A DNA stretch of 64,000 nucleotides from an uncultured Methanoregulaceae archaeon (lineage in GTDB: Archaea > Halobacteriota > Methanomicrobia > Methanomicrobiales > Methanospirillaceae), in the NCBI GenBank assembly GCA_963705255.1, contig OY970061.1:192001-256000 (forward strand), written 5' to 3'. Below the pieces are notes generated by a model. It ran no database searches and had not been told where the DNA came from. It saw only the letters and a list, made by a program, of their open reading frames with translations. Both the position numbers and the translations under genes were made by a program. This document shows, one piece after another, positions 21,333 to 29,850 of this stretch (position 1 is its first letter; each line of letters begins with the position of its first letter).

Positions 21333-21403
21333 TGATGCCTCCGCGGGCTTTTATGATTCTATATTTGTCATCGGGTATGTTGTTTATGGTCATGGGAACC
21401 GTT

Positions 21404-21778
21404 GACAATTCCCAAAAATCCCCAGCTCCGGACCCGCCAATAAAAAATAATTCCCGCATCCGGATGTGACAATTTAGAAAAATTGCCGGATCGGTTAGTG
21501 GCAATTTTAAAAAATTCCCGGATCCGGAGGTGGCAATAAAAAATAATTGCCGGATCGGTTTGCGGCAATTTTGCCGGAAAAATCCGGAAATTCTGCGAAA
21601 TCTCCGACGGAGCGCCCCTCCCGCGGACCCGCCGATAAAAAATAATTGCCAGGTCCGGAGGTGACAATTTAGAAAAATTGCCAGATCGGTTGGTGGCAAT
21701 TTTAAAAAATTCCCGGGTCCGGATGTGGCAATAAAAAATAATTGCCAGGTCCGGAGGTGACAATTTAGAAAAAATGTG
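21404..21778. repeat. tandem array with exact 32-bp period (6+5 units) of a 20-bp quasi-palindrome GGCAATW-N6-AATTGCC
   Basis: units start at 21404, 21436, 21468, 21500, 21532, 21564 and 21631, 21663, 21695, 21727, 21759. Confidence 0.9.
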
Positions 21779-21929
21779 CATAAAGTCAGCACGAATTTCA
21801 TGCACATTGCTGAAAATGCTCATAGCATTTTCATGCTTGATTCCCGGATCGGTTCGTGACAAGTGCAATAACCGCAACTTTTTATGAATCTCTTCATTTA
21901 AAAGAATGAAGAATCAACATATAGGTATC

Positions 21930-22067
21930 ATGGGAACGATCCGGGACAAGGAACAGGAGATGATTGCGCAGCAGGCCCTTGCACTTCTCGACAAAGAGCA
22001 CCACCTGGGAAAATACCAGTACCGAACACGGCAGGATATCCATGACCGGGAATCCTGTACTGATTGA
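21930..22067 (+). CDS. putative VapB-like antitoxin (45 aa)
   Basis: MGTIRDKEQEMIAQQALALLDKEHHLGKYQYRTRQDIHDRESCTD*, overlapping the start of a PIN gene. Confidence 0.55.
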   Translation: MGTIRDKEQEMIAQQALALLDKEHHLGKYQYRTRQDIHDRESCTD

Positions 22068-22122
22068 TACCAATATCCTCGTGTACGCATCCGATGCAAT
22101 CACCGGGCCAAAATCCCGGATC
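22042..22122 (+). pseudogene. truncated PIN/VapC toxin
   Basis: MTGNPVLIDTNILVYASD is a PIN N-terminal motif; cut off by the polB fragment. Confidence 0.7.
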
Positions 22123-22124
22123 CC

Positions 22125-22392
22125 TCACCCAAAATCCCGGATCTCCGGAACACCTCTCCGGGGCCGTCCGGCCGAAAACGCGTACTCCACCTCCCCCCAC
22201 GCCTTCTCCAGCAGCCCCCGGTAGTAGACCGGATCGAACTTCCCCGCGCCCCACTCCGTATCGACGATGTACCTCCGGGCGTCCCGCACCACGTACCGGA
22301 TCTTCATGCCCGGCTCGATGCCCGTCCCGCTCCTGCGGTACGCCTCCACCGCCGCCCCCTCCACGCAGCGGTGGGCGTACGTGAGGCGGCTG
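22125..22392 (-). pseudogene. diverged second copy of the 3' end of the PolB2 gene
   Basis: LTYAHRCVEGAAVEAYRRSG...LLEKAWGEVEYAFSAG matches the 23055-23330 region. Confidence 0.9.
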
Positions 22393-22457
22393 GTCCGGGG
22401 GTTTCGTACTGGTGCCGGGACCGCGGCTGATCCGGGAGATGGCGTGAAAATTCCCGG

Positions 22458-22559
22458 CTTCCGGGTTCCGCCGAGGGTTCTCCGGCGGATCCGGAAGTTC
22501 ACGAACTTCCGGGTTCCGCCAAATGTTCTTTGGCAAATCCGGAAGTCATGGACTTCCGG
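22458..22559. repeat. tandem palindromic units (CTTCCGG...CCGGAAG), ~48-bp period
   Basis: CTTCCGGGTTCCGCC at 22458 and 22506, each closing with ATCCGGAAG. Confidence 0.6.
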
Positions 22560-22632
22560 CTTCCAAAACTTTAAGTTCCCCGCTGTCGAGTGTCCACACA
22601 AGATGAGGTGATGTCGTATACCGTCAAAACTT

Positions 22633-23037
22633 ATGGAGTACTTCAACAAATCGCCACGGATCGGGACCCTCGGTACCGCCGACAAAGGGGGAAACGTTGA
22701 TTCCGCCGTCTTCGGCTCGCCCCGGATGGTCGACGAGAAGACGGTCGTCATGGGGCTGGGGAAGAACCGCACGCTCGCAAATCTCCAGCAGAACCCGAAC
22801 GCCGTGTTCCTGATCATGGAACCGTCGGCAGACTTCATGGACTGGAAGGGGATCCGCGTGTACCTGAAGGCAGAGAGTATCGCAACGATCGGCCCGGTGC
22901 TCGATACGTTCAGGCTCCGGATGGCGAAGATTATCGGGGAAGAGGCGGCGAAGATGATCCATGCCACGGTGAGCTTCTCGGTCACGGAAGTCCGGCCGCT
23001 CAGCGACATGGGCCAGGGATGGGAGGAGTCGGTGTAG
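22633..23037 (+). CDS. pyridoxamine 5'-phosphate oxidase family (FMN/F420-binding split barrel)
   Basis: LGTADKGG, RTLANLQQNP, KGIRVY. Confidence 0.85.
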   Translation: MEYFNKSPRIGTLGTADKGGNVDSAVFGSPRMVDEKTVVMGLGKNRTLANLQQNPNAVFLIMEPSADFMDWKGIRVYLKAESIATIGPVLDTFRLRMAKIIGEEAAKMIHATVSFSVTEVRPLSDMGQGWEESV

Positions 23038-23054
23038 GGATTGTCGTTGCCCCC

Positions 23055-25049
23055 TCACCCGAAATCCCCGATCTCGGTAACACCCCTCTCCCGCTTCCTG
23101 GAAAGCCCCGCCGAGAACGCATACTCCACCTCCCCCCACGCCTTCTCCAGCAGCCCGCGGTAGTACGGCACGTCAAACGTCCCCGCATCCCACTCCGTAT
23201 CTACGATATACCTGCGGGCGTCCCGCACCACGTACCGGATCTTCATGCCCGGCGCAATGCCCGTCCCGCTCCTGCGGTACGCCTCCACCGCCGCCCCCTC
23301 CACGCAGCGGTGGGCGTACGTGAGGTGGCTGATCCGCCGGCTGATGAGCATCTCGCCCGGGTCCGCATCCGGCAGCCGCTCCACCGCGTCCCGGTAGATC
23401 TCCCGCACCCTCCCCTCCAGTTCCCGGAGTCCCGCGAGGGTGGGTGCCTTCCCCATCTCCGCGACCATCCCGCGCTGCATGGTGCGGATGTACTCCGGGG
23501 TGTCGTGCCGCCGGGCGGCAATCCCCCGTACCTTCACGCTGCCGTCCGCACGCCTCCCGTAATAGCGGTTGTAGGCACCGGAGCCGTCGTTCTGCGGGAG
23601 GAAGACGATCCAGTCGAAGTGATCGAGCTCGGTGGACAGGCGGGTCTCCCGGTCCACCCGCTCCTGCAGGGCCGCGACCGGCGACCCCTGCACCCAGAGG
23701 CAGTCCACGATCCCGTGCAGCACGGTAAAGCCCATCTCCTCGGCGATCTCTTTTGTCTGCAGCAGGATCTCGCGGGACTGTCCGGTGATCGATTCGTGGA
23801 CCTCGATCCTCCCGAACTTTGCATTCTTGTAGCCCGTATACCCGAAACAGGTTACAAGCATCCACTTCAGGATGGAATCGATGCCAGCGATCCTGGGATT
23901 GGTCTTCTTCAATCGTTTGGTGGTGATACGAAGCTGGAGGAGGGGTGCCAGTGCAGCGGGAAGAAACCCCGGCCGCTCCGGGTGCTCAATTGTTTCCGGC
24001 GACAGGTTCGCCCTCACGATGATCGCGGGGTACATGGACGTGAAATCGATCTCCTCCACGTTCTCATAAACCCCCGGGGCCGGCTGGAGCATCATCCCGC
24101 CCCGGTCCGCGGCCTGGAGCGAGGCTACGTGCCGGGCCGTCTCGGGGTCGCTCTTCCGGAACGGGACCGCGATCCCCTGCTTTACCGCCTCGCAGACCTC
24201 GTAGCTGCTGATGAGGGTGCCCGGGGTGAAGCGGGAGGCGAGGTTCGGGGAGAGCCCGGAGAGCCGTGCGGCCATGAAGACGCCCCCGAGCCCGCCTTCC
24301 TGGTACACGAACGACTGCTCTGTATCGATCAGGATGCGCCCGTCCGGGATGAGGGCCGGCACCTTGTGCTCCATCCGCCCGTAACTCCAGTAGGAGCGGG
24401 ACTCCATCTTCCGGTATCTCCCGTTCCGCGAGAACGGCATCCCGAGGCCGAGTTTCCGTGCCCGCTCCTGCAGTTTCGGCATCCAGCTGTCCGCATCCGG
24501 CATGAGGAGGACGTCAGGGTCGGTGGCGGCAACAAGGGAGAAGAGGTCGGCGAGCACCTTCTTTTCCTGCCCGGCCAGCCGCTCGGTCCGTTCGTGGACC
24601 AGCTCGATATCCGAGAAGGCGGCGTGTGCCGGGTTGCCGCGGACCCGGATGCTGGCGATATCCAGCTCGTGCCGGAACTCCGGGGAGAAGCGTGAGCTGT
24701 CGCCGTTCCCGCACGGGAAGAGCCCGTGCCCGGCCATGAACCGCTGGTCCCGGCGCACGTCAACGTTGAAGAGGTCCACGTTGAACCCTGCCTGCAGCTC
24801 GATCGCCTCGGCGACATCGCGGCCCGCGTACACCGAGTTGCCCGGGAGGTCCCCGAAGATGGTGCGGATGGTGCACTCCTCCGCACGATAGCGCTCGCCG
24901 AGCGCATCGATCATTCCGGCGTGCTCGTGCGGGTCGCGGAAGTGGACGAGGAAGGGCGGCTCGTAATCGTGGTGCACCTTTGTCACGGTGCCGTCCTTCG
25001 ACCACAGATCCACGCCGCCGTCCCGGTACGCGGAGTCAAAGATCCACAT
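23055..25049 (-). CDS. family B DNA polymerase, PolB2 group
   Basis: DFTSMYP, KWMLVTCFGYTGY, GIVDCLW (altered DTD motif), VRGI..RRHD; start MWIFDSAY. Confidence 0.9.
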   Translation of the reverse strand: MWIFDSAYRDGGVDLWSKDGTVTKVHHDYEPPFLVHFRDPHEHAGMIDALGERYRAEECTIRTIFGDLPGNSVYAGRDVAEAIELQAGFNVDLFNVDVRRDQRFMAGHGLFPCGNGDSSRFSPEFRHELDIASIRVRGNPAHAAFSDIELVHERTERLAGQEKKVLADLFSLVAATDPDVLLMPDADSWMPKLQERARKLGLGMPFSRNGRYRKMESRSYWSYGRMEHKVPALIPDGRILIDTEQSFVYQEGGLGGVFMAARLSGLSPNLASRFTPGTLISSYEVCEAVKQGIAVPFRKSDPETARHVASLQAADRGGMMLQPAPGVYENVEEIDFTSMYPAIIVRANLSPETIEHPERPGFLPAALAPLLQLRITTKRLKKTNPRIAGIDSILKWMLVTCFGYTGYKNAKFGRIEVHESITGQSREILLQTKEIAEEMGFTVLHGIVDCLWVQGSPVAALQERVDRETRLSTELDHFDWIVFLPQNDGSGAYNRYYGRRADGSVKVRGIAARRHDTPEYIRTMQRGMVAEMGKAPTLAGLRELEGRVREIYRDAVERLPDADPGEMLISRRISHLTYAHRCVEGAAVEAYRRSGTGIAPGMKIRYVVRDARRYIVDTEWDAGTFDVPYYRGLLEKAWGEVEYAFSAGLSRKRERGVTEIGDFG

Positions 25050-25272
25050 CGTCCTCCTCCTGATACCTGAGCAGCTCGACGAGTGCCGAGAAGAGCGCGG
25101 CTTCAAGCGGGCTGTCGCAGGCCACGAACGCCTCGCTGGAATGCATCGTTGCCAGTCCTGCCAGCTTCTCCCCGCAGGACCGCTCCTCCTTCCGGAGCGC
25201 CCGGGCCGAGCGGGCCCAGCGGCCTGAAACAGTCTTTGCCCCCTGCCGCACGCTCTCAAAACTCCTGCCCGT
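25036..25272 (-). CDS. PolB2-associated small helical protein (arCOG07300-like)
   Basis: RSFESVRQG...RALRKEE...HSSEAF...PLEAALFS; apparent start codon is ACG at 25272, with an alternative GTG at 25251. Confidence 0.7.
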   Translation of the reverse strand, partial: TGRSFESVRQGAKTVSGRWARSARALRKEERSCGEKLAGLATMHSSEAFVACDSPLEAALFSALVELLRYQEEDDVDL

Positions 25273-25799
25273 CAGGACACCTCCAGGGTCTGCTGGGCCC
25301 GTGGTGGCGGGCCGCCCCTCCGGTGGAACCGTGTATCGCGGGGGCGGGGGTGCTGTCCCATCTCACCGGGCGGCAGGAGTTCGATCAGCCGGTCCGCCTG
25401 CCGGGCCAGCGCCGCAAACGAGCGGTCCATGGCAGGGGAGTACAGGATGACCAGCGCCTCGCGTCCCTTATCCCTGAGCGCTGCGGCGGCCGGGGCAAGC
25501 AGGCGCTCCCCCCCGTCGAACAGGGTCGGGTCGTGCTCGACGAAGACGACCGTATGGCCGGCCTCGTTCAGGACGGTCAGGAGCTGATCCGCGGTGAACG
25601 GCCTGCGGACCTCGAAGTTCGCGGACGTCCGGCCGATGCCGGAGAGGAGCCGCGAGTAGTTGCCGCAAACGAAGAGGAAGAGGAACCGCTGGAGATCAGG
25701 ATTCCCGTTGAGCGCCGCGAGGACGAACGCCTGCGGTGCTATCACTGCCGTGAATGTGCCCGGGTGGAGGGTGATCCCCCTGCGCAGCTCGATCCGCAT
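25272..25799 (-). CDS. degenerate RadA/RecA-fold protein of the PolB2 operon
   Basis: LFVCGNYS, VRRPFTADQL, position directly upstream of the small protein and PolB2; no Walker A. Confidence 0.65.
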   Translation of the reverse strand: MRIELRRGITLHPGTFTAVIAPQAFVLAALNGNPDLQRFLFLFVCGNYSRLLSGIGRTSANFEVRRPFTADQLLTVLNEAGHTVVFVEHDPTLFDGGERLLAPAAAALRDKGREALVILYSPAMDRSFAALARQADRLIELLPPGEMGQHPRPRDTRFHRRGGPPPRAQQTLEVS

Positions 25800-25987
25800 G
25801 GCACCGGATCACTGCAGGAACTGCACGGATAATGCTGGTGCGCGGGGGGTGAAAGTGCCTCCTGCCGCCAGCCCGCCGCCGGAAACCGGGCCTGGCACGG
25901 TGCGTCACTACGTGAGACCCCGGCGCCCCCCCGGCAGTATTATCAGCCAGTCCGTTCCACAAGCCTGAGAGGCACGGAGCCGGACGC

Positions 25988-26230
25988 ATGGTACACCTAG
26001 ACTGCATGCACGGGATGATCGCAGGGTACGTCGCATCGCCCAAGGGGCAGGAAGCGATGCGGAATTTTCTCTCTTCGCCGGAGGGCCAGAGGGCCATCGA
26101 TGCCTATCTTGCTACGCCGGCCGGGCAGCGGATGGCCTGCCTCGTCCTCGCCCGGGCACTCGACGGCCTCGACCTCCCGGCAGAGGTCAAGGCGGAGATC
26201 CGCAGATCGCTCGACGCAAAAATGGCATGA
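25988..26230 (+). CDS. hypothetical protein
   Basis: 80 aa with internal repeat (Y/F)xx(S/T)PxGQ three times. Confidence 0.6.
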   Translation: MVHLDCMHGMIAGYVASPKGQEAMRNFLSSPEGQRAIDAYLATPAGQRMACLVLARALDGLDLPAEVKAEIRRSLDAKMA

Positions 26231-26311
26231 AGGCCCTAGGGGAACAGACGTGAATCAATCGCGGATGAGGCGGATTCCCTGCTATTCCGGAAAGTCATTT
26301 TTTTAAAACGG

Positions 26312-27562
26312 TCAGGATACCGGAGTCCCGACCCGTTTAACTGCAACGCCGCCTTTCATGACGAAATCAACGTTTTCCGTGACCGTGATATCCTTGAACG
26401 GATTCCCCGGCATGGCAACGATGTCGGCAGATCTTCCCGGGGCGAGGACCCCGATATCGTCCCTCTGGAGGAGTTCTGCAGCCATGCCCGTTGCTGCCCG
26501 GAGTGCCCTGACAGGAGGTATCCCGTTGGTCACCATCTCGCCAAACTCCCGTGCCCCGTTCGTCCGGTACGAGAAGATACCCAGATCGGTCCCGAATGCG
26601 ATTTTCACGGAGCTGTTCGCGACAGTCCTTGCACCGTTCAGGAGCTCATCCCGGTATTTCCGCATTTTCATCCGCATATGGGGCGGGGCATTGAGGGCAG
26701 CCCAAGAGGCCTCATCATCCGCCATCCGGGCCGGCCGGGTGGCCATGAGCTGCGTGGGGACAATATACACCCCCTTCTCCTCCATGAGGCGGAGGGTTTC
26801 TGCGGATACCATACTCCCGTGCTCGACAGACCTCACACCGGCGAGTACCGAACGATGGATCGCTTCGTCTCCAAAGACATGGACCGATACCGGGCGGTTG
26901 AAGTCCCGCGCCGCTGCAACGAGGGCATTCATCTCTTCCTGCGTATAGGTTACCTGGGTAGGATCATCCCCGGCTGTCGAGAAACCTCCTGATGCTGCGT
27001 ATTTCACCCATTCGGCGCCATGTTTGATCTCGTTCCGTACAACCTTCCGGATTTCGTCCGGACCGTCAGCAAGGCAGTTCTCCCAGGGATGGTTTTCCGG
27101 GGCGAGGGAGAGCATGGCATTCATGTGGCCCCCGCGGGAGGAGATTATGTGACCCGAATCGATCAGCCGTGGACCGGGAATGATGCCCCGTTCCGAGGCC
27201 AGTTTCAGGTCCCGGACCGTGAACCCGTGGAGGTCCATATCCCCGCAGTCCCGCACGGTGGTGAAACCATGCATGAGCAGGGTCTTGAGTGCCTCTGCAC
27301 CCAGGAGGGCTTTGTATGACGGGGAATAACTCCAGAAACTGCCGATCAGTTCGGGCCTGAGGGTGAGATGGACATGGCAGTCAATAAGACCGGGCATGAC
27401 CATATGGCCGGGAAGATCGATGATCTCTGCATCGCGTGGTTCCCGGACGGTCTTTCCGATCTCTGCAATGGTCTCACCGAGGACCAGGATCTCCCGCGGC
27501 CCGAGCGGTTTTTGTGCAGTCCCGTCCCAGACATTCCCCGCACGGATGACAACGGGGGTCAT
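26312..27562 (-). CDS. metal-dependent amidohydrolase (prolidase-like)
   Basis: PGLIDCHVH, GFTTVRD, VEHG, FGTD, G..AD. Confidence 0.9.
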   Translation of the reverse strand: MTPVVIRAGNVWDGTAQKPLGPREILVLGETIAEIGKTVREPRDAEIIDLPGHMVMPGLIDCHVHLTLRPELIGSFWSYSPSYKALLGAEALKTLLMHGFTTVRDCGDMDLHGFTVRDLKLASERGIIPGPRLIDSGHIISSRGGHMNAMLSLAPENHPWENCLADGPDEIRKVVRNEIKHGAEWVKYAASGGFSTAGDDPTQVTYTQEEMNALVAAARDFNRPVSVHVFGDEAIHRSVLAGVRSVEHGSMVSAETLRLMEEKGVYIVPTQLMATRPARMADDEASWAALNAPPHMRMKMRKYRDELLNGARTVANSSVKIAFGTDLGIFSYRTNGAREFGEMVTNGIPPVRALRAATGMAAELLQRDDIGVLAPGRSADIVAMPGNPFKDITVTENVDFVMKGGVAVKRVGTPVS

Positions 27563-27984
27563 CGGGATACCTGCCGATCCGGTGTATCCCGGGGATGGAC
27601 ATCGCACAGCTCGCGGAGTGCAGGCGCAAGGACCCGGGTCTTCCCCACGAGCGCTGCGATCAGGATCGTGTCGTAAATCTCGTCCCTGCCGGCACCTTCT
27701 TTTGCGGCTGCACGGATGTGCACCTGCATACAGTATTCCGCCCCTGCACTTACAGCTGCTGCCAGTGCAATCAGCTCGGCGGTCTTTGAGGATATATGCT
27801 TTGGCCGGCAGACCATCTCATCCGCAATTGAAGAGAGCGCGAAATACCCCGGCCGTTCCCGCAGAACGGGCAGGATAAACGGCATGCTGCCCAGCATCTC
27901 CTGAGTGTCGGTAAGGATATCATCGCTCATTCCATCTGCACGGGAAAGGAAGTCGTCCAGTGCCTTCTGGTTCTCTTTTCTCAT
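27559..27984 (-). CDS. carboxymuconolactone decarboxylase/AhpD family protein
   Basis: KTAELIALAAA...YCMQVHIRAA..GA..DEI. Confidence 0.85.
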   Translation of the reverse strand: MRKENQKALDDFLSRADGMSDDILTDTQEMLGSMPFILPVLRERPGYFALSSIADEMVCRPKHISSKTAELIALAAAVSAGAEYCMQVHIRAAAKEGAGRDEIYDTILIAALVGKTRVLAPALRELCDVHPRDTPDRQVSR

Positions 27985-28329
27985 CAGTCTACTCCGGAAT
28001 TAGCAGTAATATGTTCCCTCTGTTAGTGCCGGATAGCATAAACCATACGCAATGCAATAGCCGCCCGTGCCGGAGTGGATCTGACCGTGATCTGCCGGTT
28101 TGTCCCGGCGGTCTGCAAGGCGTCAGGAGTACCACGTCCCCATGAATATCGTGGACCCCTCCTTCCTGGAAAATGTAATCGTATCCGGGGACCCGCCCAC
28201 GGGATATACAGGAGGGATAACCTGACGATACGTAACGGGAAGATACGATGAAAAAAGAGTTATCCGGGTTACCCTGACCCCCGTGCTTTGGCGGGTATGC
28301 CTGGCCACCGTGGCATGAGATACCCGTCC

Positions 28330-29111
28330 CTACCTGAACGCATAGGCGTCCATGCCGAGGTCGCCCAGGTCCCAGCTGTGGTGGATGACCGTACCCCGTG
28401 CACCCGCCCCGGCAGCACCGAGTGCAGCGAGGATGGGCATGTAGTGGTCCGGGTAGGGGTGGGCACGCCCCGCGTGGGGGGCGAGCGTGCGGTAGCGGAG
28501 AAGGCTCTCCCGGTCCCCCCGGCGGACGGCATCTGCCAGCCAGTCGTTGAACTCCATGGCCCACGGTTCGGTGGCAGCGCCGGGACCGAGCGATGCGGTC
28601 GGGTCGCCCAGCGGGTGGACTGCGCCGCCGCTGCAGAGGATAAGCACCCCCTCGTCCCTCACGGCCCCGATCGCTTCGCCGAGTGCGAGGTGGGCAGCCG
28701 GGTCGAGGCTGCGCTGGATCGAGAGCTGGACAACGGGGACGTCTGCTCCGGGGTACATGAGCCGTACGGGCACCCATGCCCCGTGGTCGAGGCCCCGGGC
28801 GGGATCGGTGTCGCAGGGAAGGCCGGCTCTTCTGAGGAGAGTGGCCACCCGCCCGGCAAGGGCGGGGCTGCCGGGTGCCGGGTATCGATCCGGTAGAGCC
28901 CGGGCGGGAACCCGTAAAAATCGTGGATCGTGCTGTTCCGCGGGGTGGAGCTGACCGCAGGACGGATCGTGTTCCAGTGCGCGGAGATGCAGAGCACTGC
29001 TTTTACGGTCCTGTACTGCCCGCCGAGCTCCACGAGAAACTGCCGTGCGGGGATATCCTCGATGGTGAGCGTGGGCGCACCGTGGGAGACGAAGAGTACC
29101 GGTAACTGCAT
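28330..29111 (-). CDS. class III extradiol dioxygenase (LigB/DODA-like), frameshift at ~28886
   Basis: LFVSHGAP, SAHW, HDFYGFP, then LDHGAWVP, SGGAVH, AHP..DH..P in the second frame. Confidence 0.88.
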
Positions 29112-29195
29112 GGTAAGAAGAGGATCCGGCCCGGCGGGTAAAAAGATGCCGGTTCCGGCAACCCCGGCGGGGTTTGACGGTACGACCGGTCCCGA

Positions 29196-29756
29196 TCAGT
29201 GCTCGTGGATCGGGACGTCGAAGAAGATGTTCTTGCCGGATGCCTTGAGCGGGATACCGTAGGCCACGCTGCACCCCCTGAGGTGCCCGGATTTGAGTGC
29301 TGCGACACCGGCGCTGAACATGACCCGGTTGTCGACATTGTGGATCGCAGCGGTCTTTACGGCCGAACCGACCGCGATCCCGATGTCGGAGATCTTGAAG
29401 ACGCAGTTCGGGCCCGGGTAGAGCGCCTTCTTTCCCTTCGCCTTCACCAGTGCCTTTGCCATCGCCGAACAGGTATCGTACCCGCAGCCGCCGCAGTTGA
29501 TGCCGAGGGTCTTCTGCCCCTCGACCCCTATCAGCAGGGTGGCGTCGCTTGCCCTGACCTGTTCGCCATTGGCACGGAAGAAGCCCTTGCCCGGTTCCTC
29601 TGCCATGGCTATCATCTTTCCGGCAAGTTTCTCCTGCTCTTTTCCGGTCAGTATCTCGATCTTTACCGAGTCCAGCCCGACCGCTTTCGGGGCCGTCCGC
29701 GCAGCGAGCGCCATGAGGGAGGCAACCGTTCTCACCGCTTCAGATTCAGCAGTCAT
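29196..29756 (-). CDS. DUF2148 ferredoxin-domain protein
   Basis: AARTAPK, NCGGCG..C, DIGIAVGSA, DNRVMFSAG, KNIFFD. Confidence 0.85.
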   Translation of the reverse strand: MTAESEAVRTVASLMALAARTAPKAVGLDSVKIEILTGKEQEKLAGKMIAMAEEPGKGFFRANGEQVRASDATLLIGVEGQKTLGINCGGCGYDTCSAMAKALVKAKGKKALYPGPNCVFKISDIGIAVGSAVKTAAIHNVDNRVMFSAGVAALKSGHLRGCSVAYGIPLKASGKNIFFDVPIHEH

Positions 29757-29850
29757 GCAGGGTACTGAGGCACCCGGAGACAAAAAAGTGTGGCCTGAAG
29801 GAGATAGTTTGTCCGGGAAAAGCGACGGTACATGGGGAAGAACGCTTCTT

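Noticed and set aside
21404-21778. CRISPR array
   Set aside because: Linkers are only 12 bp and are themselves repeated; the repeats are degenerate; no cas genes are present
21283-21877. ORFs 21283..21807 and 21368..21877
   Set aside because: Translations of the 32-bp repeat array; not protein-like
22125-23335. DGR template/variable repeat pair
   Set aside because: Mismatches are not adenine-specific and no reverse transcriptase is present in the window
23019-24695. Long antisense ORFs (also 29497..31056, 37051..38229, and the alternate-frame 59014..60354)
   Set aside because: Shadow frames of GC-rich genes with clear family motifs on another strand or frame
23055-25049. Casposon or pipolin-type self-synthesising element
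   Set aside because: The polymerase is PolB2-type with its usual partners; no Cas1, integrase or enclosing TIRs were seen
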